A DNA stretch of 64,000 bases from Dipteris shenzhenensis (lineage: Eukaryota). Shown here piece by piece: positions 43,280 through 56,577 of this stretch (position 1 is its first letter; each line of letters starts with the position of its first letter). The notes under the pieces were generated by a model, which worked only from the letters and a program-made list of their open reading frames with translations, was not told the origin of the DNA and did not search any database. Location of the stretch: assembly GCA_047967505.1 (NCBI GenBank), contig CM106538.1, one strand, 5' to 3'. The position numbers and the translations under genes are program-made.

Positions 43280-43890
43280 CAATGTACATATATGCACATC
43301 ACATGCTTTATGTAGAATCATCAAAAAGTTGGTTTATATATATATATATATATGTATATATTAGATTTGGTTGGAAGCTTTTACTAGAAAAGCATAGGAA
43401 AAAAACAATTGTTGCATTAGAAAAAATATTATTAGACATGGGTCTCCATGGAGGATATGTTCATATCATAACATACATCAAGAAGTCCACAAATGGAAAG
43501 GATGTTCCTATCAAGTCATTAATTGGTGGAGTCAAAGCATGAAGGTTTTTATTAGGACCACAAAGAGAAGGGAAGCTTGGTAGATGATCAAGATATGTTT
43601 TGAGGGTGAGATATGGACTTTGGAAGCATGTGCATAATGCACTCAAATATGATATGGGAGATGGTGTTGCGAGAAATGTTAAAGCAGACGTATGAAAATC
43701 CTTAAACAAGCTTTTCATGCATTGTGACAAAAAGACAACATGGTAAGATGAACTAATTTATTTTGTATGCATAGTCTACAAAATAGTGACTTAATCTTTG
43801 TTGTGATTGTAGCATATTCTATATAACCACCTTCCATATTTTGTTAAAAAGTATGGATGCCTTGCAATGTGGTCCACACAAGGAATGGAA

Positions 43891-44757
43891 AAGTCTCATT
43901 ACACTACAAGAAAGCTTTTTTTTTACATACACAACATTTCAAAGGATCACAGAAGGCAAATAGTCTCAAAGAAGTGTTTCAATGGTTATTTAGAGGTATA
44001 CTTCAAAGGTTGCAAATTAAGAAAAAAGTTGCATTATCACAAGTTAAACTTGCCTATAATATGGCACCAAATAAAAGAAGGCAAATCCTAGACAATTCAA
44101 CAACTGCACAGAAAAATTACAGAGTGGAGGCAGTCAATAGGAAGTCTCATTACACTACAAGCAAGCCTTTTTTTTACATACACAACATTTCAAAGGATCA
44201 CAGAAGGCAAATAGTCTCAAAGAATTATTTTAGTGGTTATTTAGAGGTATACTTCAAGGGTTGCAAATCAAGAAAAAAGTTGCATTATCACAAGTTAAAC
44301 TTGCCTACAATATGGCACCAAATAATAGAAGAAGGCAAATCCTAGACAATTCAACAATTGCACAGAAACATGCAGAGTGGAGGCAGTCTTTGGGAATCAC
44401 AAGTGGATTGATAGAGTTTCAAACCTTAAGGAGATTTATAACAATGAAGCAGAGACTCTATAATATTTTCCAAGGAATTTAGTACAAAGTTTGAGTTGAC
44501 TATATTTTATTGTAGGACTTTGTATCCTTTGTAACATTTGACAATACAATATAATTGAGTTTGAGTGGAGGCAGTCAATGGTCTTTGGCAATCACAAGTG
44601 GATTGATAGAGTTTCAAACCTTAAGGAGATTTATAACAATGAAGTAGAGACTGTGTAATATTTTCCAAGGAATTTAGTACAAAGTCTAAGTTGACTATAT
44701 TTTATTGTAGGACTTTGTATCCTTTGTAACATTTGACAATACAATATAATTGAGTTT
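43891..44757. repeat. Two tandem duplications (~250 bp, then ~190 bp) at the 3' end of the transposase
   Basis: AAGTCTCATTACACTACAAG at 43891 and 44142. AATCACAAGTGGATTGATAGAG at about 44395 and 44590. Confidence 0.9.
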
Positions 44758-46688
44758 ACTATTTTACTTCTTCTACATCGAGCTGCTCTCCTTCAATATG
44801 TTTAGCCTTAGAATCTAGTAGAAGTGGTTTTCTAAACCTAATCAAATTATGCTTTCCATAACCATCTAAATGTCTAGGATTTTTAATTCCAAGTGCTAAA
44901 GCATAAAGCTGTGTATGTCAAAAAGTACCCTACCCTTGAGCACTATTCACTTAGGCAATACCCAAAACTGTCCCTTGTCCTCTACCACCAATTTGCCTGA
45001 TAACCACCAAGAAAATTTGACAAAATTTTGAAAAAGTAGATAGACGCCTCTCCGTCATTGCTTAACTGTCTATGGTGAATCAAAATCTTGATAGAGGACA
45101 TCTTGTTCATATAGTGTGCAAGGGAAGACAACTGTCCAAGTTCCCTTTCTCTGCTCCCAATGGACCTTCTCAGAAAAAATTCATCTTCAATATAGAGCTA
45201 CCATATAAAAAAGGAAGTAATGAGAAATATGTACACAAGTCAAGATAAAAAATATCTAGCAGAGAAAATAGTGATATCACACCTTCATATTGTCATCGTC
45301 CTCTAAAATTTTATCTGTCCAAAGATCAGTGCTTCTTTCCAGGCTACTTTATGTTTTCCTCTGCTCCTCCACCTTTGGTGTTTTGACCTTATTGAAGGTC
45401 TCATCATCCATGTCCTACTCATTTGCAGCTTTTTGTAAGCACATTGAGAGTGCCTCCTTGGGGTCAAATGTATCTTCTAGGACCATTAATTTGTCATCTT
45501 CAGTTCCAACATCCTTGTCTACACTACAGAGTTGAGAAATTAAGGCCAAGGCATAATCTTCTCTGCGGTCAAAGATGATGAGTATATTTGACAGTAGATA
45601 ATACTCTTGACCTTGAATAGTAAAGGAGGGCAGGATAGGGTATAGCTAGAGTACCATTGTCTCAAAATCCAATCCTTCAATAGAGATAGCTCTGTTTATT
45701 GTTTACTGTTTCTAACTTCAAGGCTACAAGATCCAAGGTTGTAGCCTCCTTGCTCTCTTCCTCAAGATTAATATCCTCCTCTTCTAGTTCTTGAGCCTCT
45801 TCTATATTTATTTGTTTGTCTTCAATACGGGTTTCTTCCTTAGAGCCTCCTCGGCATGTCTTCATGACCTTCATAATAACATGAGAGAAAGATATGAAAG
45901 AACTTAAGTGATAAAGGATAGGATTGATATACAAATCTGGAAAACGTGAGAGGAAGAATTGAAAGAAAGTGATCAAGGACAAGATTGATATACCAATTTG
46001 GAATAAAGTGAGTACAAGGTTTGACATTAAGTGAAATATTTGACATAAAGTGACCGAGGACATGATTGCCTCCAAGAGGGTGCTGAAGTAGGAGCACTAG
46101 CACCTCAAATGCTTCACTTGCTTTCCTTCACTCACTATCCTCTTTTGCTACCTCTCCTTCCTAGAGATGGCCAGTTACTACCCGCATACCTTCCATCAAC
46201 TACAAACATGTCTAAGATCCCTTCTATATGGATCCATAAAAGGAAAGTCCTTCCAGGAGGATATGTTACGAACTTGGTTTCTCGAATTGAACTCAATAGA
46301 GTTGGTGAATATTTCTACCTTTTTTTTTGGTTTCATTGAATCACATAACTATTATGCTTATGAGCTAAGTTTTTATGTAGAATATGGTGGAGGCTAGACA
46401 TTATATTGAACAAGAAGGTGAGGATGTGGAAAGCGAGGAGCCAAAGGAGGAGTTGTTGTGTGCTTACAAGATCATGGAAGACTTCAAGCAAGTTGTGAGG
46501 ATAGTTTGTGATGATGAGGTTACAGATGCCAATCCAAGTTACGGCCTATGGATTTGAAGTCCGCTTGTTTTCATGAAGCTAGTGTGATAGTAGGGACTTT
46601 GGAGTAGACTCTTGTAACAACAAGATGTAGTTCCAACAAGACATGCATTTTCTAATGTTATAAACCAACAACTTCGTTTTGTTACACC

Positions 46689-49213
<2,525 letters not shown>

Positions 49214-49214
49214 C

Positions 49215-50014
49215 TGTGTTGGATGGAAGGGAAGAATTAATAAGACCCATAATGATAGATACAAAAAGGAAGAGAAGAAGAAGAAGAGAAGGGTGAGCTT
49301 ACAAGGACACACAAGGCCCGCCATCAAGGTCCATGGTCGGTTGGAATTTACTTCCACGCATTTGATTCTTGGCAGTTCCTATGAGGAAGTTGAGATCTGT
49401 GCACTAGTGTGTCAAAATCACTGTTGAAATTCTATCTTTGCTTTGTGGGTGGCTGCTGCTAGAAGTCCCATCGTTGCAAGTCACTATCACCTTGGAAGAG
49501 CATGGAGGAAAGTTTGCAAGTCACTATCAAGGCCTCCTGTGGGGTTGCCGATGTAAGGGAAAATCCTAAGCCGAGCTTTTCCCTTATATGTCAAAGTTGA
49601 TGGGGTAGATGATGTCATGGGTGCGTGACACACTAAATCATTCATGAAAGGCTTTTACCATGATCTGCACAGTTGACCACTTCGAAGTTCTGAACACGTC
49701 AGCAATAATCTCATATTGCCCACCATTTTCTAGATTTGAGAATAGGTTGATCGATGGTTCAAATAAAACCCTTGAGCCCCAACAACTTTGACATTTCCAT
49801 CAGGGGTGTGTGCTCAAGTTAAAATCAATAATTATTGGCTGCATCATGGTTGAATATTTCAAGGCTTTCATAAATGTTCATAAGTGTTCTCATATATTAT
49901 AGGATAGGATTGCAGAAGTAGTTTGTATGTTAGCATCTCATATGCTTGCTCTCTTGAGGATGCCTATGTTGATAAGATATGGTTGGGTCGGATAAAGCAA
50001 GCCTTCTAGGGAGC
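49215..50014 (-). repeat. Inverted diverged copy 2 of the same region
   Basis: Same blocks as copy 1, in direct orientation to it. Confidence 0.9.
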
Positions 50015-50019
50015 TTACA

Positions 50020-51870
50020 CACATGATGGAGCACACACCACAATAGGAAATGAAACCGGCAGGAGGGTGTGAGTTTCCATAACCTACCTACTCTCATCCT
50101 CCAAACACCCAAAGAATTGAGAGAAGCATAGTCTTCCTAGGCCAAGTGAGTTGTGAAGGCGATGTTTGTAAGTTGTGAAAGGATTCTATTCTTATGCCTG
50201 ACTCTAGAGAGTTCCTTCCCTATAGCATTCACCCAACCTTTTAGATCATCAAACCAACAACATACCACTTGTCTAGTGAGCTAGTCTGTATGCAATCTCA
50301 CAAAAGTGGCGGCAATAAGTTTTCTCTCTCTTAGGGAGAGAATAAAACGTTTTGCAATCATATTTAGAGTTAAGAAATATCATGCTTGGAAATCCCACAC
50401 AAAGGACCATGTATTGATCTCTCTTCTATTGAGCCTTTTTACCAGACATGGATTGATCTAAACTGGAGCCACTTGATTCATATAAGCTCATTTGTTAACC
50501 CAAATATTGAGAAGAAAAGAGCGATTAGCTTCCAATCGAGTTGCACCCTACCAATCACAATCTCCTAAATCTTTTTGCCAAATAGGATTGAGCTGACATG
50601 GCTGTTCGTAGCTCTTTATCCTAACTGGAAGTTAGACATTAGGATCTCCTACCAAGACAAAGATCCATGTGAGAACCTTGGCACCCCAACAATTATCTAA
50701 TGTCTTGCTAGAGCTACCCAAGGTTGCGAGGAGGGGAGGAAAAAGAGCCATTTGCAACATAACATCTCCCACTTCTCTTTAAACAATTGAAGACCTAGGC
50801 CTCCCAATTTTTTTGGTGTAATGGCAAACAACCAAGGGAATGCATGCCCCTATTCATGCTGCCAAATGGTGTCCTTGCATAGTCGTTGAGTAGTCGTTCC
50901 ACTCACACAATCCCCTTGTGAGGAAAGGCATGATGGTGGAGGCAAAGACCAAAACAGATGATAAAATATGCTTGATCACAATGATTCTACCAAATCAAGG
51001 ATGATTTCTTCTATCTCTATTTGTGAGACTTATGCCTCATCTTTAGAACAAAAGAATTATGCCATTGCTTTCATGGTTACTCATAGAAAAAGAGGATATC
51101 CAAGGCATTGGAATATTTCTCCTACTTGAATTACTCTGAATCCATACCCTTGGAATATTTCTCTTGCTAGAATTACTTTGAATCCATACCCTTGGATCCA
51201 ATTGGATAGCTCTCAAGATAATTCTAGTTTTAGCATGATTGACTTGAGTGGGACACTTTGTAGAATGTGCATAAAGAGAAAGGAGCTTATCCAAGTATCA
51301 TTGATAGGCTCTAATTCCTAAAGCATCATGCATTATCCAAGTATCATTGATCGGCTCTAATTCCTAAAGCATCATGCATGATGTAGATTTCAAAAATGGG
51401 AGTCCTTGCTTTGCATATAGCATAATAGACTTTCACAATGGGGGGCGAGGCTTGGACAAAGCTCTTACACAATTGTAACATTACTAAGCTCGCTTCCTAC
51501 CCACATCGACCTCCATATTGCTTGAAAATACTTATTTCAACCACATTAAATCAGAGCTTGGATAAATCTTGAGGTGGATTGTGGATTCACACAATTTAGA
51601 GTTGAAAATGTGGAAGTGTATAACAAACGAAATTTCTCGAGATATTCTAGGGTTGAGATTCCTTCATCAACATCGAGCATGTGAAATTATAGATATGAGG
51701 GTCGTTAGATCACTTTTTGCTATTGGTAGGCCAAACTCCCAAATCAATGCTCCTCCTACAAATTTTGATGGAGATCTTTTATTCTAAGCTGTTTGAAGGA
51801 TTCACCATGCAACCAACACATCTTTGTGCTCCACAACCTGCCATTCTTTACCCATTTATCGTCTCATAAC
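50020..51870 (-). mobile_element. Degenerate LINE (ORF1/endonuclease region), probable target of the gypsy insertion
   Basis: Manual minus-strand translation gives TRGL near 50915, FVLVGDPN (GDFN-like) near 50650, RIESF near 50185 and GRLWKLTPS (WKLN-like) near 50075, in the order expected for an APE domain. Confidence 0.45.
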
Positions 51871-51874
51871 AACA

Positions 51875-53046
51875 TGTTGACTCTGTGCCAACATGAACTT
51901 ATGAAGAAAGAGAAGGTGATACACTTTGTGATACAACTTTGTGTTACAACTTTGTGTTACAACTTCTAGACACAACTTTTATGTTACGACTTTGTGTAAC
52001 AACTTTGTGTTACGAGTTTGTCTACATGAAGAGAGAGATGTGTTACGACTTTGTGATACAATTTTGTGACACAACTTTGTGTTACAACTTTGTGTTACAA
52101 CTTTGTGTAACAACTTTGTGTTACATCTTCTACATGAAGAGGGAGAATGTGTTACAACTTTGTGTTACAACTTTGTGTAACAACTTTGTGTAACGACTTT
52201 GTGTTACATGCAGAGAGAGAAGCTCTCCAACTTGTATAAATACCCCATAATGGAATGAAGCCCACACTCTTGGGGCATTGTGTTGAGTCTACATTGGTAT
52301 TCCAAGCATTTGTCTCAAGTGTCCATGCTTCCTTGCACTGCACGTCCAAAAGCATGTCCTAACCTTGCAACCCTTCTTCCCTCTCCTCCAACCCTGCAAC
52401 CCATCCTCTCCCTCTCCTCCTCCCTTCTCCCTCCTCCTCCTCCTCCTCCTCCTCCTCCTCCCTCCTCCTCCCTCCTCCTCCTCCTCTCTCTCTCCTCCCT
52501 CTTCCTCCTCCTCTTCCCTCCTCCTCCTTCCTCCTCTCCCTCTTACTTCACCCATGCTCTTACACCTTCTTCCTCTCCCACTCCTATACTTTCCTAAACC
52601 CTTAAACTCAATGATCTACGAGGGAGACGAGTTCTCCACCATGTACTCTACTCTGAACCTTGGATCCTCCTCCTAACCCTGAACTCCTTCTAAACCTTGG
52701 AACCTCCTTCTGAACCCTGGAACTCTTTCTAACCCTGAACTCTTTCTAAACCCTGGAACCTCCTTCTGAACCCTTAAACTCCTCCTAAACCTTACAACCC
52801 CCCAATGAAGGCGAAAGCCTTCATTACCCCAACAACAATGGTTTACGTGCCTTCTACACATGCTTGCATTATGTTTACTCACCACAACTTAAGCCTACGT
52901 CTCTCACCGGAACACGACTCGAGGTCCTAAGCTACATATATACTACAACGACAATTCCAATATATCTGTAGGTGACAAAAAGCCTCGGAACCCTGCAACA
53001 TAGAATACCCAGCTCTTCCTACGGAAGCAGTAGGAAAGAGCCAACA
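51875..53046 (+). repeat. 5' LTR containing a 13-bp tandem array (ACAACTTTGTGTT)
   Basis: TGTTGACTCTGTGCCAACATG start repeated at 63741. Array at about 51918-52208. TATAAATA near 52235. Confidence 0.93.
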
Positions 53047-53048
53047 TT

Positions 53049-53066
53049 TGGCGCCGCTGCCGGGGA
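53049..53066 (+). other. Primer binding site TGGCGCCGCTGCCGGGGA
   Basis: Two nt after the LTR CA. Resembles the Athila-type TGGCGCCGTTGCCGGGGA PBS. Confidence 0.85.
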
Positions 53067-55458
53067 GACTAGCGTCTCAAGTAGCGACGAGTAAACATGC
53101 GTAGGTAGGTATAAAGCCACATGATGTACAATTAGGCTAGGTAGTGGACACGGTTGCGTAGAGCTTTCAATTACGATCATTTTACCTTTTTACAGAAAGG
53201 CAAACCGAGCTCTCCATAAAGAGTTATGGCTCGGGAAGAGTTTAGGGTTAAACCCTAAACCTAAACCCTAAACCTAAATCCAAACCTATAAAAACCTACT
53301 TCCACCCCCCCCCTCATTCTTCATCTCACACTTTTTGCCTCCATTCTCTTTCTCCTTCCGAGCCCCACGCAGACACTCCTCCCTCTCCATCGACCGCCCC
53401 CTTACTCCTATCCTCGCCATGTAGTAACATCGAGCCCTTCTCGCAGCAATGACCTAGCCTTCCACCCACCGTCCATTGTTCCGCGACAAGCCGGTCCATC
53501 GAGAATGACTTGGAATGCGTCAGGTAACCACTTCGCCTTGCTTTTCAATTTTCGTCCTTTCAGTTTTTTTTTGTTGCTCTTTTACCCTCCCCCTCCACCA
53601 CCACCTCCCCTCCACCACCACCTCCCCCTCTCCGCCACCTCCCTCTCCCCCTCCCCCTTCATCTTCCCCCTCCCCCTCTCCCCCACCACCTCCCCCTCCC
53701 CCTCTCCCACTCCCCCTCACTACCACCTCCCCTCTCCCCCACCCCACCTCCCCCCTCCACCACCACCTCCCTCCCCCCTCTCCACCACCTCCCCTCTCCC
53801 CCTCCCCTTCATCTTCCCCTCCCCCTCTCCCCCTCCCCCTCTCCACCCCCACCTCCCCCTCTCACGCCACCTCCCTCTTCCCCCTCCCCTTCATCTTCCC
53901 CCTCCCCCTCTCCCCCTCCCCCTCTCCACCACCACCTCCCCTCTCCCCCTCCCCCTTCATCTTCCCCCTCCCCCTCTCCCCCTCCCCCTCTCCACCACCA
54001 CCTCCCCTCTCCCCCTCCCCCTTCATCTTCCCCCTCCCCTCTCCCCCTCCCCCTCTCCACCACCACCTCCCCCTCCCCCTCTCCCACTCCCCCTCCACTA
54101 CCACCTCCCCTTCCCCCTCCACTACCACCTCCCCCCCTCCCCCTCACCTCCCCATCACCTCCCCCTCTCCCCCTCCCCCTCCACTACCACCTCCCCTCTC
54201 CCCATCCCCCACCTCCCCCTCCCCCTCTCCCTCCCCCCCACCTCCCCCTCGCCCCTCCCCCCTCCCCCTCCCCCACCCCCTATCTCTCCAACTCGCTCCC
54301 CTCTCCCCCCTCGTTCTCCCCCACCCCTCTCTCTCTCATTCACTCCTCTCTCTCTCTCCCCCACCCCTTACGTTCGCCCCTCCACCCCCCTCTCCTCTCT
54401 CTCCTCCTTACACCCTCCCCCTTACCCCCCCCTCTCTGTACCCCCCGCTACCCGCCCCCGCGGCGGCGCAGCCGCGCCGCGCCCCTCCACCCCGGCCGCC
54501 GCCCCGCGGCGGCCACCCCCCGCCTGCCCCGCCCCCCGCCTGCCCCCCGCCTGCCCCGGCGCACAGCGTCGCCCCCGCCTGCCCCGCCCGTGCTCCTCGC
54601 CCCGCGCCGCCCCGCGGCGGCGCAGCCCCCGCTACCCCCGCTCCCCGCCCCCCTACCCTACCCCGCCCGCCCCCCACCCCCGCGGCGGCGCACATAGTGC
54701 CGCCCCCCGACCCGCCCCCTCTCCTCTCCTCACACACCCCCCGCTACCCGCCCCCGCCCCCGCGGTGGCGCACACAGCGCCGCCCCCCCGCCCTCCCCGC
54801 CCCTCCCCGCACTCAACCCGCCCCCTCTCCTCTCTCACACCACACCCCCCTCGCACCCCCCTCACACCCCCCTCACAGACACTCCCCTCACACTCCCCTC
54901 ACACCCCCCGCGCATCCCCTCGCCCACCCCACCCCACCCCCCGTGCCAACCCCCCCCCCCGCCCGCCGCCGTCGGGCAGCCCCCCACCCCGAAAAAAAAA
55001 AAAACAAACAAACAGACCTAACCTAAACTAACCTCAGGTTAGTTACTAACTACGGTTAGGTTAGTCGATTAACCCTAGGTTAGTTAGTCCTAACTAGAGT
55101 TAGATTAGGTTAGTTAGGTTAGTTAACCTTAGGTTAGTTTCGTTAGCCCTCGGTTAGGTTAGACTAACTCTTCAGTTAGTATCTAACTACAGTTGTTAAA
55201 CCTCCCAGTTATAGTAACTGGGAGGATCTAGGTTAGTTAGTTTAACTAGAGTCACTTAGTTTCAACCCCTCGGTTGGACTTAAAGTCCATTCACACCACC
55301 ATTAGGACCCCCCCAAACGCCAAATTTACCCCTCCTTTAACCCTCGAAACTCATCCGTTTGGGACCCAAATTGAACCCCGTTTGAACCCAGATTTCCAAC
55401 ACGGAAACACCACGTTACGGGGGTATTTTTCCAGCCCATTGCACACCATTTCGGCATA

Positions 55459-55558
55459 NNNNNNNNNNNNNNNNNNNNNNNNNNNNNNNNNNNNNNNNNN
55501 NNNNNNNNNNNNNNNNNNNNNNNNNNNNNNNNNNNNNNNNNNNNNNNNNNNNNNNNNN
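55459..55558. other. Assembly gap (100 N)
   Basis: Run of exactly 100 N. Confidence 1.
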
Positions 55559-56577
55559 TACACCCCCCTCGCACCCCCCTCACACCCCCCTCACAGACAC
55601 TCCCCCTCACACTCCCCTCACACCCCCCGCGCATCCCCTCGCCCACCCCACCCCACCCCCGTGCCAACCCCCCCCCCCCGCCCGCCGCCGTCGGGCAGCC
55701 CCCCACCCCGAAAAAAAAAAAAAAACAAACAAACAGACCTAACCTAAAACTAACCTCAGGTTAGTTACTAACTACGGTTAGGTTAGTCGATTAACCCTAG
55801 GTTAGTTAGTCCTAACTAGAGTTAGATTAGGTTAGTTAGGTTAGTTAACCTTAGGTTAGTTTTCGTTAGCCCTCGGTTAGGTTAGACTAACTCTTCAGTT
55901 AGTATCTAACTACAGTTGTTAAACCTCCCAGTTATAGTAACTGGGAGGATCTAGGTTAGTTAGTTTAACTAGAGTCACTTAGTTTCAACCCCTCGGTTGG
56001 ACTTAAAGTCCATTCACACCCACCATTAGGACCCCCCCAAACGCCAAATTTACCCCTCCTTTAACCCCTCGAAACTCATCCGTTTGGGACCCAAATTGAA
56101 CCCCGTTTGAACCCAGTTTTCCAACACGGAAACACCACGTTACGGGGTATTTTTCCAGCCCATTGCACACCATTTCGGCATCCTTAGCACACGTTCGTTC
56201 ACGCCCCCATGTGGGCCTCATTTTGCATTAATTCACTCGTATTTTCACGCCGCGACCTCCGATTAACGATCCGTCTGCACCGGCACATTTCCCTACACAC
56301 GGACAATCCTAGGCACATTCTTAACACGACGGTCCCCACACATACTAACATCACTCTAACTCTCCTAACGACACCACCTCCACGCACGCCCTTGGGGTAG
56401 CGATCCCCTTAGCCAATCACGCACCATCTGCATGCATTTACGTTCCGGCCAACGACTTCGACTCCAACGCTCGCCCAATCCGCAACTTACTCCACTGCAA
56501 CAACCGCCCCCGCCAATCCTCTACCCCGAATCCCCCCTGAGGTTCAACAACTTCCTTTAACTCCTCCACGCCCCAAC

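Larger units (their letters stand above)
38290..44091 (+). pseudogene. RAG1/Transib-like (CMC-Transib clade) DDE transposase pseudogene with introns, split by a copia insertion
   Basis: Motifs in order: LDKCE (39294), QSE..EDH*TL, GDLK..CLYC (39695-39766), IPLCN|VHICTSHALCRII across the insertion, HILYNHLP..G..WSTQGME (43813-43890). Introns 38708-38794 and 39444-39553, and an acceptor at 43812. Confidence 0.75.

Noticed and set aside
51918-52208. CRISPR-like array
   Set aside because: Contiguous 13-bp units with no unique spacers, located in an LTR of eukaryotic DNA.
53505-55031. 500-aa proline-rich 'extensin-like' ORFs
   Set aside because: They arise from C-rich low-complexity DNA that is open in several frames, inside a retrotransposon leader next to an assembly gap.
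54842-56180. ~620-bp direct duplication
   Set aside because: The two near-identical copies flank the 100-N gap exactly; most likely overlapping contig ends.
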